NCBI GenBank assembly: GCA_038850115.1
Contig: JAWCMB010000004.1
Span: 7,091-71,090, forward strand
From: Thermoproteota archaeon
GTDB taxonomy: Archaea; Thermoproteota; EX4484-205; JAAOZP01
Direction of reading: 5' to 3'
Length of the DNA stretch: 64,000 bases
Part shown: positions 19,037-28,863 of the stretch, one piece after another
How the letters are laid out: every line of letters starts with the position of its first letter
Numbering within the stretch: the first letter of the stretch is position 1
Program-made: the position numbers and the translations under genes
The notes under the pieces: model-generated
The model's input: the letters and a program-made list of their open reading frames with translations, nothing else
Databases searched by the model: none
What the model was told of the DNA's origin: nothing

Positions 19037-22000
19037 AAATATTGTTTCAGTTTTCTCTGAGTAAGAAGCACGTTATCCTCCTTCGTAAGGAAGGTCGAAA
19101 GCTCCTTCTCTAGTAGCTCAAGATTGCTTGAAAAGTAAGAGTCCAATGGGTATATTGCTAAAACCTTTTTCCCAAGCGTTAAGTATTTTTTAACACCGCT
19201 TATATATACTGTAGGAGAAAGCTCTCCGCCACATGAATTACATCTAGAAACCAGTGGAAGCCTCCTAAATTTCTTACCGCACTTCTTACATCGGAATTTC
19301 TGCGTATGAAACGTTCTTATGTTTCCGGAAATATCTTTTAACAGGTGTGAATTTAGAAGGTTTTCCACAAAATCCTTCTTATCTATCCCAGTTAGAAGAG
19401 ACGTTATCTCTAACTGTAGTTTCAGCTTTCTCTCCATGGACCCTAGAGTGCTATAAACGTTTCTTTTAACACCGTTTACAATGCTGCTCGTATCATGCGA
19501 CCAAGCTATATTAGGATCATCTTTGTTTACTAACCTCATTTTATCTAAAAGATCTTTCGGCTTTACCCCTTGCTCAGCAAGCAAGTAGATATCACTGCCA
19601 TATTTTGTCATACTCTCCATATTGTAAACCTGATCGTCTATTTCATCAGGCTTTAAAATAGGCATTATTATAACTGGAGTGTCCATTAATCCTCCCGCAG
19701 CATTAGGAACATAATGCTTAGAGAAATTTAGGAAAGCATCCAGAAGGAGAATTATTGAATCACCGTCTCCATCGCAATCTCTTCTCTTAGCCTGATGCCA
19801 GAATGGGTGTGCAAAAACGACTTGTGAATCAGTAAAGCCAATTATTCTACCCACTATGGCGCCAAGCGTATGCGGAGATATCCCAAGAACAAGATGCCCA
19901 ATAAGGTCTTCCCTCGACTCAATATTGTAATAGGGTTCCACATGATAGAAAAGTCTAAGTTCCTCATCGATAAAGCCAGCAACTTTAACAAGAGAATCAG
20001 CCATGCCCTTAGGAAGAATAATGTCCTGTGGAAAAAGGTATAGGAGTTGACCACTTTTTTCCAAGGGATTGCCATATACGTCTTCATTGTAACCCAGCTT
20101 CTTCAACACCTGAATAGGGATATCTATCTCCTCAGGCTTGAACGCGGTTAAAGGAGCATTAGTAGCATCGAAACGGATCGTTCCATCCTTGTATATTGTT
20201 AAGCCATGTTTAGCCCTCAAAACTCCTTTTTCAATAGGCTCAGGGATCTTATTTTTATTTAACAACCCTTTTACTCCTTTAACTTCAGGACCTATTGTGA
20301 TTCCAAGCTTCTTTTCAAGTTCTTTTAAAATGCTTTCAAGCGGAATGCTTTTCGCATGAGAGGGGTTGCACTTGTCTCCGCATTTCTCGCATTTCTCAGA
20401 CCTAGAATAAGAATTGCACTTGGCACAATAGTATATGGCTATAGTCGGGGACTTGCATTCTGGACAGTGGAAATAAAATGTAGAACAATCGCATTTTTCA
20501 CAGTACCTATTGCAAATGTTTACGACTATGTTTCTACTAGATGCTGCAGCAACTATGTTTCTCTTGGAGCCGCCTTCCAGACCTACTGGAAAAAGCACGT
20601 GTGAGGGAGGATGCATTTCCCTGAGCTTAGCTGCTTCAGGTCTTCCAAGCCTGGCAGATATGAAGGCACCCTTCTTAGGCTTAATCTTAAACTGTAGAAC
20701 AGAATTAAGATAGTTAATAGAATTTTTTTCAGAACTCGTCGAAGGCAAAGCGCGCTTGGAAAGATAGACTAGGAATTCGGCGTGGACTTTGGCTATCTTA
20801 ATAAGCCCATTTCCAATCTGAAAAGGAAGACATGTTTTCTCCAGCTCTTCTAGCAGAATAGCATCCTCTATTGGAACAAATACCCAGTCATCCCTAACTT
20901 CCGCTTTCCTAAAGCATTCAATCACATGAAGAAGCTCGGAAGTGTTCAAATTTTCAATAAAAAAGTAGAAGCGTGGGTTAAGCGGAACATCTAAGGCGAG
21001 GCTTATTTGCAGTGCTGTTCCAAAATCAATTTTAATAAAAGGGTTTTCAACTATTTCCCGGAGAAAACCCGCTTCCAAAGGAATACTTTTAAGCTTCGCT
21101 TCCTTATCTTTTAAAGCAGCTTCAAGTTCAGCAGCCCACTGTTCTTCAGTATACCCTACCTTATCGAGAGGAGCATTACCCTCAATATAGTCGCCAATGG
21201 ATATTAAAATGTCTCCAAGGAAAAGGATTTTAGAAACATCGTTTCGAATACTTCTAAGTTTATCCTCACTGTCAACAAGATGTACTGATCCATCCTTCGT
21301 CTTAACTATTGGAGGCATGATCGCGTCCACGGGCATAACTATGGCTGATTTCCCAGGCCGATCTATTCTGAGCTGAGAGCCTATTGATAGAAAACCTTGG
21401 AGAAGCTCCATAGCCATGGGATGTATACCCATGGCCATCAGACCAGTGTTTCGAGCCCTTCCGTATCTTATCCTAAACCCTCCGAAAGACTCGGAAGACG
21501 AGAAGAAAGGCCTTCCGATTAAAACTTCTTTCAGATATTCCGACTTTGTGCTTTCAACCTCGATTCTAGATATCCAAGACCATCCGGATATGTTGAGCTT
21601 ATTAATTATGCTTTCAAACTTCTTAACCCTGCCAATTATTCCATCGTTTATGATTCTTAGAGCACCTCCTCTAAGCCTGTTTGTCTCCACTCTCGGAAGA
21701 TCCCTGTATATAACTACCTCGGTCTCTTCAGAAGGGGGGCCGGTGATTTCGACTGGTAGGTTTTCTATAACTTCGGCTATTTGGTCCTTAGCCACCTTAT
21801 ATTGAAACCTGTTTTTACCCCGTTCATAAAGCCTCAGCTCTTCTATGTAGCGTGCAACCTCCTCCTTAGTAGGCTTGTACCTGTCAAGCTTCAAAACTCT
21901 CCTTATGAAGTCTGCAAGAATTATTGAAAGGGCCTGCTCAGTACCCCCAGCAGACCTCATTGGCCCAGAAAAATATATGGCCAAGTATCTAGTATTGTCA

Positions 22001-22392
22001 GGGTTTTTCTTTATCAACACTTTCTCAATGCCCTCAATAGGAGCCGCGGTAGTGCCAGGTGGTGTTAACGAGGCGAGTGCTGCTTTCAATGCCAGTTCTG
22101 CAGCCTTCTCCTCAGGAAAAGATCCGAATCTTCCAAGTATGATGTCCTCAGCTATTTTGAAGGGTATCTCGATGGCGGGAAGTGTATTTTTAAGTTCTTC
22201 AAACCTTTCTTTAAACCCATTTAATCCCAGTATTTTCTCAATGGTTTCAGCCTGAGAAAAAGAAACTATGGACTCAGGCTTCTTCTCCGGATCATACCCG
22301 TTTTCTTTCGCATAGACAGCATAATTGTATGCTTCCCAGAAACCCTTTTGTAAAACCCAGTTATATTCTTCGATAGTCATTGTCAACCGCAA
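19033..22392 (-). CDS. polC: DNA polymerase II (PolD) large catalytic subunit DP2
   Basis: It is 1119 aa with multiple Cys4 clusters (CEKCDC...CPECK, CAKC..CEKCG, CKKCG..CNSCGG). FSGPMRSAGGTEQA and DCDGDGD are characteristic of DP2. I saw no intein-sized insertion. Confidence 0.95.
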   Translation of the reverse strand: MRLTMTIEEYNWVLQKGFWEAYNYAVYAKENGYDPEKKPESIVSFSQAETIEKILGLNGFKERFEELKNTLPAIEIPFKIAEDIILGRFGSFPEEKAAELALKAALASLTPPGTTAAPIEGIEKVLIKKNPDNTRYLAIYFSGPMRSAGGTEQALSIILADFIRRVLKLDRYKPTKEEVARYIEELRLYERGKNRFQYKVAKDQIAEVIENLPVEITGPPSEETEVVIYRDLPRVETNRLRGGALRIINDGIIGRVKKFESIINKLNISGWSWISRIEVESTKSEYLKEVLIGRPFFSSSESFGGFRIRYGRARNTGLMAMGIHPMAMELLQGFLSIGSQLRIDRPGKSAIVMPVDAIMPPIVKTKDGSVHLVDSEDKLRSIRNDVSKILFLGDILISIGDYIEGNAPLDKVGYTEEQWAAELEAALKDKEAKLKSIPLEAGFLREIVENPFIKIDFGTALQISLALDVPLNPRFYFFIENLNTSELLHVIECFRKAEVRDDWVFVPIEDAILLEELEKTCLPFQIGNGLIKIAKVHAEFLVYLSKRALPSTSSEKNSINYLNSVLQFKIKPKKGAFISARLGRPEAAKLREMHPPSHVLFPVGLEGGSKRNIVAAASSRNIVVNICNRYCEKCDCSTFYFHCPECKSPTIAIYYCAKCNSYSRSEKCEKCGDKCNPSHAKSIPLESILKELEKKLGITIGPEVKGVKGLLNKNKIPEPIEKGVLRAKHGLTIYKDGTIRFDATNAPLTAFKPEEIDIPIQVLKKLGYNEDVYGNPLEKSGQLLYLFPQDIILPKGMADSLVKVAGFIDEELRLFYHVEPYYNIESREDLIGHLVLGISPHTLGAIVGRIIGFTDSQVVFAHPFWHQAKRRDCDGDGDSIILLLDAFLNFSKHYVPNAAGGLMDTPVIIMPILKPDEIDDQVYNMESMTKYGSDIYLLAEQGVKPKDLLDKMRLVNKDDPNIAWSHDTSSIVNGVKRNVYSTLGSMERKLKLQLEITSLLTGIDKKDFVENLLNSHLLKDISGNIRTFHTQKFRCKKCGKKFRRLPLVSRCNSCGGELSPTVYISGVKKYLTLGKKVLAIYPLDSYFSSNLELLEKELSTFLTKEDNVLLTQRKLKQYF

Positions 22393-23196
22393 CTATCTTA
22401 AGCCTTTCATACAGCGTTTCTTTACCACGCCTCTCCTCCCACCTTCCATTATTTCAAGAAGCCTGTCTGTAAGATTGCTTGTCTCCTCCAAAATATCGCC
22501 TGTAACTATTATGTCAGCGCCTGAAGAAACGACGTCTTCGGCGGCAGAGCCGTCTCTTATACCTCCGCCTACAATGAGGGGAACACTAATGCTTCTTCTA
22601 ACCATATTAATCAGTTTTTCAGGAACATGAGTTTTAACACCTGAACCTGCTTCGAGATAAATAAACCTGAAGCCAAGCGCTTCAGCCGCCATAGCGTAGC
22701 CGACTGTCAACTCAGGTATTTCGAATGGAAGAGGCTTAGCATCACCTATGTATCCAGCCGCCCCGCCTGTTCCAAGTATTAGATAAGCCATTGGAATAAT
22801 TTCTAAACCTAATTCCCTTATCGTTTTAATTCCGAGGACTTGGGCTCCAACAATATAATATGGATTTGACGAGTTGAGCAGGGACATAAACCAGATCGCG
22901 TCAGCACCTCTCGCTATGCTTGCAACGTTACTGGGGAAAATTATCACCGGCAGTTTTGAGGTTGATTTAATTTTAGCTATGGCTTCCTCATAGTCAGAGG
23001 TTCTATGGGAGGTGCTTCCTCCAACCATGAACGCCGAGGAACCAGCGGCTTCAGCAGTCTTTACAACTTCCTCAATCCTATTCATCTTCTCAGGATCGAT
23101 TAAAGTCATGTGGATAAACCCGTCTCTTTCAATTCTCTCATGTAAGTATCTTTCTATTTTTCCTACTTGCAACCTGTTTAAGGCAGCTTGGTGCAC
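22393..23196 (-). CDS. Geranylgeranylglyceryl phosphate synthase (PcrB/GGGPS family)
   Basis: It contains LIDPEK, FMVGGS, IFPSN, YLEAGSG and IVGGGIR, the motifs of the TIM-barrel GGGPS. Its stop directly abuts the polD start. Confidence 0.85.
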   Translation of the reverse strand: MHQAALNRLQVGKIERYLHERIERDGFIHMTLIDPEKMNRIEEVVKTAEAAGSSAFMVGGSTSHRTSDYEEAIAKIKSTSKLPVIIFPSNVASIARGADAIWFMSLLNSSNPYYIVGAQVLGIKTIRELGLEIIPMAYLILGTGGAAGYIGDAKPLPFEIPELTVGYAMAAEALGFRFIYLEAGSGVKTHVPEKLINMVRRSISVPLIVGGGIRDGSAAEDVVSSGADIIVTGDILEETSNLTDRLLEIMEGGRRGVVKKRCMKGLR

Positions 23197-23216
23197 AATA
23201 TAAATCTAAAAAGAGA

Positions 23217-23456
23217 CTAAGACACTTGGCCACTATGGTATTTGTCTGCAAACCTGTTGAAATAATCTACATTCTCCATGTTCTTAACATACTCTAAATT
23301 TGTTGCCAAGCCGCAATTGCCACAAACAACCCTCACATTTCCCGAATCTTTGTTCTCGATGATAGAGACAGCTTGAATACCACATTTCGGGCATGGAAAA
23401 ATTTTAGGAATGACCCTACGAACAACTCTGGCCTCCCTTCTCCTTCTTCTAGCCAT
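23217..23456 (-). CDS. Elf1-like transcription elongation factor homologue (zinc ribbon)
   Basis: It is 79 aa with a basic N-terminus followed by CPKCG...CGNCG. This matches the archaeal Elf1 architecture. Confidence 0.65.
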   Translation of the reverse strand: MARRRRREARVVRRVIPKIFPCPKCGIQAVSIIENKDSGNVRVVCGNCGLATNLEYVKNMENVDYFNRFADKYHSGQVS

Positions 23457-23529
23457 TTCTCTAATTTTTAATCCCTACACCTATTTTTCCCTTTCCCTGT
23501 CTGACTGGAGAATTGTCATAAAGTCCAGC

Positions 23530-23557
23530 CATAGTTATACGATAAAGTATAACTATG
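23530..23557. promoter_or_regulatory. Perfect 11-bp-arm palindrome overlapping the start codon of the 23555 ORF
   Basis: The sequence is CATAGTTATAC-GATAAA-GTATAACTATG. The terminal ATG is the start codon at 23555-23557. Confidence 0.4.
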
Positions 23558-23974
23558 AGCCCCCAGGTAACAACAATAGAAAAGATGCGGGAAGTAGATG
23601 AGAAAATAGACAGAATAGTCGAAAAACTCTTGGAGGAATCGATTCTCACTTCAAAACAGCTTAACGCCCTGTTGTTGTATTCTAACAGTATGGAGCGAAA
23701 GATAGTGAAGGAGGGATATGTGGAACTTAACGGCCGAAAAATTTCAAAAGGCGCTTTCTTCAGAACCTTAAGCCAAGGGAAGAAAAACGTCAGAAAAGCG
23801 GTTATTACATTGATATTAATGTCCTATGTGGGGTTAATGGATACGAATCAATTTAGTGCAATCATGCAATTAACTGACATAATGATGCAAGTCAAGGAAC
23901 AGGATGAAGACCTGCTTAATGCCCTTGTAGAGAAGCTCAAAACCGTGGTCGACTTGAGGAAAAGAGTAAAGTAA
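23555..23974 (+). CDS. Hypothetical 139-aa protein with a possible sigma-70 region-4/LuxR-like HTH
   Basis: LTSKQLNALLLY...ISKGAFFRTLSQGKKNVRKAV resembles a helix-turn-helix. I recognise no family from memory. Confidence 0.4.
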   Translation: MSPQVTTIEKMREVDEKIDRIVEKLLEESILTSKQLNALLLYSNSMERKIVKEGYVELNGRKISKGAFFRTLSQGKKNVRKAVITLILMSYVGLMDTNQFSAIMQLTDIMMQVKEQDEDLLNALVEKLKTVVDLRKRVK

Positions 23975-24006
23975 AAATACTTGATTTAACTCATAGCAGG
24001 ATAGAG

Positions 24007-24603
24007 TTGGATTTACTTAACCTTCTTAAAAGACCTGGAGAAGAGATACGAAAGGAAAGAAAAAGGAGAGGTTTAACCCAGAGTTCCCTAGCGAGAAAAG
24101 CGAAAGTGAGCCAAGCACTTATAGCTAGAATAGAAAAACAGCAAGTAGATCCACGTCTCTCAACGTTAAAAAAGATAGTTGACGCACTAATAGAGGAAGA
24201 AAAGCAAAGGGGTTCTAGGGCAATAGATATTGCCATACGTGACGTCATTGTCGTGAATCATGATGATACTATTGAAAGAGCCGTGAAACTTATGCGTAGA
24301 TACGGCATATCTCAGTTGCCAGTCATAAGAAATGGAACCCCCATAGGGGCAGTTGAAGAACTGGAGCTTTTAAAGGCCTTTTCAAGGGAGAAAGATGTTA
24401 AGAAATTTTATCAGAAAAAGGTTATAGAAGCCATTTCCTCAGTATATCCCATGGTAGAGCCCGATAGTAGTGTGTCAGATGTCGTAGACTATCTTTTGAA
24501 GGGCCATAATGCCGTCTTAGTCACTAGAAATGGGCGTTTAGAAGGCATAATAACTAAGATTGATGTTCTAATGAAAAGTAAAAATATAATAGCATCAGTT
24601 TAG
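24007..24603 (+). CDS. XRE-type HTH plus CBS-pair domain regulator
   Basis: The N-terminal IRKERKRRGLTQSSLARKAKVSQALIARIE is a Cro/C1-like HTH. Two CBS motifs follow (ISQLPV..., AVLVT.NGRLEGIITK.D). Confidence 0.8.
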   Translation: MDLLNLLKRPGEEIRKERKRRGLTQSSLARKAKVSQALIARIEKQQVDPRLSTLKKIVDALIEEEKQRGSRAIDIAIRDVIVVNHDDTIERAVKLMRRYGISQLPVIRNGTPIGAVEELELLKAFSREKDVKKFYQKKVIEAISSVYPMVEPDSSVSDVVDYLLKGHNAVLVTRNGRLEGIITKIDVLMKSKNIIASV

Positions 24604-24615
24604 CATCAAAAATGA

Positions 24616-25080
24616 ATGTCGCCGCTGCTAGGGAGAGGAAAGAAGAACGAGCTTGAGAACGAACTTTTAGAACAAAAAGAAAAGAACGAACTTTTAGAAA
24701 GAAGGCTTAACGAGGTAGTTGAAAAAACAGAGAAGCTGGAAAAGGGAGCAAGGCTCTTAACAGAAGCGGTTTATAAGATAATCACTTATTTGAAAGATTT
24801 TGAATGGCCTGTGGAAGAAGGAAAGCTAAGAGTAGAAACCAAACCGTTAACAGTAAGCAAGAGTAGGGAGACAACGTCGGAGAAGTATCTTACAGAAACA
24901 GAGAAAAAAATTATAGAGGAGATCAACAAAAAAGGAGCGTTGACGGTAAGTGAATGCTATACGCATGTCGGAAGATCAAAAGAGCATGTGAGCAGATTGC
25001 TAAAGAAACTTGTAGACAACGGAATACTGTTAAGAGAGAGGAAAGGAAAGACTTTCTACTACAGACTTGCAGAAAAATAA
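24616..25080 (+). CDS. Coiled-coil protein with C-terminal winged helix (MarR/TrmB-like), 154 aa
   Basis: The N-terminus has E/K/L heptads. The C-terminus is LTETEKKIIEEINKKGALTVSE...VSRLLKKLVDNGILLRERKGKTFYY. Confidence 0.55.
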   Translation: MSPLLGRGKKNELENELLEQKEKNELLERRLNEVVEKTEKLEKGARLLTEAVYKIITYLKDFEWPVEEGKLRVETKPLTVSKSRETTSEKYLTETEKKIIEEINKKGALTVSECYTHVGRSKEHVSRLLKKLVDNGILLRERKGKTFYYRLAEK

Positions 25081-25087
25081 TTGTCCA

Positions 25088-25552
25088 TCACTCATTTTTT
25101 AGAAGAATGGTCGCAGCTTGGTAAATATACTCTTTGCCTCTTTTTCTTCTTACGAGAAGCCCTTTATCGTGGAGTCTCATAAGGTATGTAGCGACTGTGC
25201 TTAATTGAATGGGTCTACCAATTCTTTCTTCATACCTAATTTTAACATCCTTGGATGAAAAATCCATGTTTCTAAACTCTCGAATAACTTTCAAAATATT
25301 GTTCAGTATCTCTCCCTGTTTGCGTAAAACTTCAAGGACTTGCTCGTCATGTTTTTTAATTAATTTTTCTGAAGATATATAAGAAACCACGTCTTGGGAA
25401 AGAGCCTCCTGGGAAAGCATCAACGGAAGAAGCTTAGAAAGAACTACTGCATATTTGTCAAGGCCGCTACCCTCTAGCCTAAGAGATACAAGTGTATCTG
25501 AACCATCGGAAAAACGGATCTCAAGTTTTTTCCTGTTATCCCTGTTAATCAC
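25088..25552 (-). CDS. Winged-helix DNA-binding protein, 154 aa, GTG start
   Basis: The C-terminal LSTVATYLMRLHDKGLLVRRKRGKEYIY is a wHTH recognition helix plus wing. The gene is directly adjacent to the origin region. Confidence 0.5.
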   Translation of the reverse strand: MINRDNRKKLEIRFSDGSDTLVSLRLEGSGLDKYAVVLSKLLPLMLSQEALSQDVVSYISSEKLIKKHDEQVLEVLRKQGEILNNILKVIREFRNMDFSSKDVKIRYEERIGRPIQLSTVATYLMRLHDKGLLVRRKRGKEYIYQAATILLKNE

Positions 25553-25748
25553 AGCAGTCTGCTGACTTTTAGTAGAATTGCTAACAAATAAGTGTTAACA
25601 AGCAGTTTTTCCAGTGGAAATTGACAAGCTCTAAATGCAGCGCTTTTAAAGAAAGCAGGCAAAATTCACAGAGTTTCCTCTACAAAAAGGAGAAAGGGGT
25701 GAAGATTTTATGATTCCAGTAGAAAAGGAGGGGTCTCGGAAAATATAT

Positions 25749-25798
25749 GAAAAAGAGGGAAAAAGAGGGAAAAAGAGAAAGAAAAGAAGAAAAAGAAG
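25749..25798 (+). repeat. 50-nt uninterrupted polypurine run containing 10-bp tandem AAAAAGAGGG units
   Basis: Direct reading: there are no pyrimidines from 25749 to 25798. The purine bias continues to about 25860 with a few interruptions. Confidence 0.9.
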
Positions 25799-25988
25799 TA
25801 GAAAAAAGAGTATGCTAAAAAGAAGAGAAGAAAGAAAAGTTATCTACAAAGAAAAAGAGTGAGATAAAGCACATACACCCCTTTGTTTCCTTTGAAGAAA
25901 ACTTGGAAAGAAAGAGATAGAAGAAAGAAAGTTTATCTTTTACTAAAGGATGATAAATGAAAGCTTTTTATTTCTTCATGGCTAAGAT

Positions 25989-26053
25989 ATAAAAGTGTGG
26001 AGTATAATTTATCTAAATTTTTATTTATTTTTTAAAAATAAAAGTGTGGAGTA
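25989..26053 (+). repeat. Two perfect 16-bp direct repeats ATAAAAGTGTGGAGTA bracketing a 33-bp tract with a single G/C base
   Basis: The copies are at 25989-26004 and 26038-26053. The spacer at 26005-26037 is all A/T except C26013. Confidence 0.9.
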
Positions 26054-26138
26054 GAAATTAAGGGGTGTGAGTGCTTTTCTTCTCTTTATTATTTTTCTGT
26101 ATTTTTTTCTCTAAACAATTCTCCAATTCATTTTTCTT

Positions 26139-27380
26139 TTGAAAGAGGTCTCCAGCATTCCAATGGAGGCTGCGAAGGGAAGTACTGAAATACTGAATAA
26201 GGTATTCAACAATATGTTTTTAAAGAGTAACATTTTCCGCAATAGAGATGCCTTAAGGCATGACTATATTCCAGACCATCTTCCTCACCGTGAAAGCGAG
26301 ATAAAATATATCGGTGAAGTTGTTGCTCCTCTTCTCCTCCATAATAAGGCTTCCAACCTGTTTGTTTATGGCAAACCAGGAACAGGGAAAACAGCTGTTG
26401 TAAGATTTGTTTTAAATACTCTTTCTAAGAAAGCCACTGAGTTAAGAGCAAACATAAGGTGTGTAATGGTTAATTCAAGAATGGAGGGCTCCGAATACAG
26501 GATCCTCGCATCAATATCTCGTCAAATAGGACTTTCTGTACCTTTCACAGGGTTAGCTACTGCAGAAGTTTTCAGGAGAATTGTCAATTATGTAAAGGGC
26601 AACAACCTCTACCTTCTTATTGCTTTAGATGAGGTTGACGTAATAGTCAAAAAAGAAGGAGAAAACTTGCTTTACGAACTTTCAAGGATTAATGAAAACT
26701 TTTCATCTCACCGGGTTTCCTTCATAGGGGTTTCTAATGAAATAACATTCAAACAGATTCTTGATCCAAGAATATTGAGCGCTTTAAGTGAGGAGGAGCT
26801 TGTTTTCAAACCATACACTTCAGACGAGCTTTTCGATATCCTTACTGAGAGGGCTAGAGAAGCGTTTTTTGATACTGTTTGCGACCCACTAGTAATCAAA
26901 TATATTGCTGCACTCTCTGCTTCTGAGCACGGGGATGCAAGAAGAGCGCTTGACCTACTTAGGGTAGCGGCCGAAACGGCGGAGAGAGACAGTAAATCGG
27001 TGATAACAACGGAGTGTGTACAGGAAGCCCTCAGGAAGATCGAAAGGGACCAAGTTAACGAAGTTATAAAAACGCTTCCCATCCAGAGTAAAATTCTTCT
27101 GGTTTCTATTTTAAGAAATCTTAGGGATCAGAATGCTCAGCACACTAGCGGGGAAATGTATGCTGAGTATAGGAACCTGGTTGCGGTCATAGGTTTAGAA
27201 CCCTTAACTGACAGAAGGCTTTCTTCTCTGCTTAACGAGCTGGAGTCGGCAGGTATAATCTCTTCTAAACTTGTTAATATGGGTAGGTATGGGAGAACTA
27301 AAAAGTACAGCCTTTCAGTGCCTCAAAACCATGTTTTTGAAGCCCTAAGGGAAGACTCTCTTCTAAACGGCCTTTTATGA
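26139..27380 (+). CDS. cdc6: Orc1/Cdc6 replication initiator. The real start is possibly the ATG giving MEAAKG...
   Basis: It has the AAA+ Walker A motif GKPGTGKTA, Walker B LIALDEVD, sensor motifs and a C-terminal winged helix (GRYGRTKKYSL). Confidence 0.95.
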   Translation: MKEVSSIPMEAAKGSTEILNKVFNNMFLKSNIFRNRDALRHDYIPDHLPHRESEIKYIGEVVAPLLLHNKASNLFVYGKPGTGKTAVVRFVLNTLSKKATELRANIRCVMVNSRMEGSEYRILASISRQIGLSVPFTGLATAEVFRRIVNYVKGNNLYLLIALDEVDVIVKKEGENLLYELSRINENFSSHRVSFIGVSNEITFKQILDPRILSALSEEELVFKPYTSDELFDILTERAREAFFDTVCDPLVIKYIAALSASEHGDARRALDLLRVAAETAERDSKSVITTECVQEALRKIERDQVNEVIKTLPIQSKILLVSILRNLRDQNAQHTSGEMYAEYRNLVAVIGLEPLTDRRLSSLLNELESAGIISSKLVNMGRYGRTKKYSLSVPQNHVFEALREDSLLNGLL

Positions 27381-27583
27381 GTCGCGAGAAGTCATTCTCC
27401 TAAGTTTCAGGTTTAAATCTGCAGAAAACATAAGTAAAATTGGCGGTAATAATATCGCGCTATTCTCATGCTGCTAGGTCACTGTTTCCTATACTCATTC
27501 ACATGCAGCCCAAACCAATAGTAGATGCTATCATCATTTCGCTCGTTCCTAATTTGCGTTTTCTATTCCTGTTTCATCTACCT

Positions 27584-28673
<1,090 letters not shown>

Positions 28674-28863
28674 CTTAGGCTTTTCTACCTCGTTAGTCTG
28701 CGGAAATGGTAGAATGGATACTGCATCACGTCAGAACCATAATTAAACAATTAGGCCCTACAACGTTGCTCACGTGCATGCTATGCAGGTCAATGCTGCG
28801 TCACTGAGTATTTTGACTCGGCTGGCTGCTTAATCAACAGGGAATTCAGACTGCTAACGATGT

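Larger units (their letters stand above)
25609..26069. other. Candidate chromosomal replication origin (oriC) with ORB-like elements, a polypurine tract and an AT-rich DUE
   Basis: ORB-like elements: TTCCAGTGGAAATTG (25609-25623), TTTCCTCTACAAAAAGGAGAAAGGGGTG (25674-25701), TTCCAGTAGAAAAGGAGGGGTC (25714-25735), an inverted copy at 25875-25895, and GTGGAGTAGAAATTAAGGGGTGTG (26046-26069). The region lies immediately upstream of orc1/cdc6. Confidence 0.65.

Noticed and set aside
19033-22392. A search for an intein in the PolD large subunit, and also in Orc1, AlaRS and LeuRS
   Set aside because: The protein lengths are typical for intein-free versions. I saw no block A/B or HNG-type motifs.
24657-24699. 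A 16-bp perfect direct repeat GAACGAACTTTTAGAA, present twice
   Set aside because: It lies in frame within the coiled-coil N-terminus of the 24616 ORF and encodes the repeated NELLE. It is a coding repeat.
25741-25860. A repetitive purine-rich block, considered as a CRISPR array or a low-complexity coding region
   Set aside because: The repeat units are 10 bp and lack unique spacers, and there is no ORF. Their position between ORB-like boxes next to orc1 fits an origin element instead.
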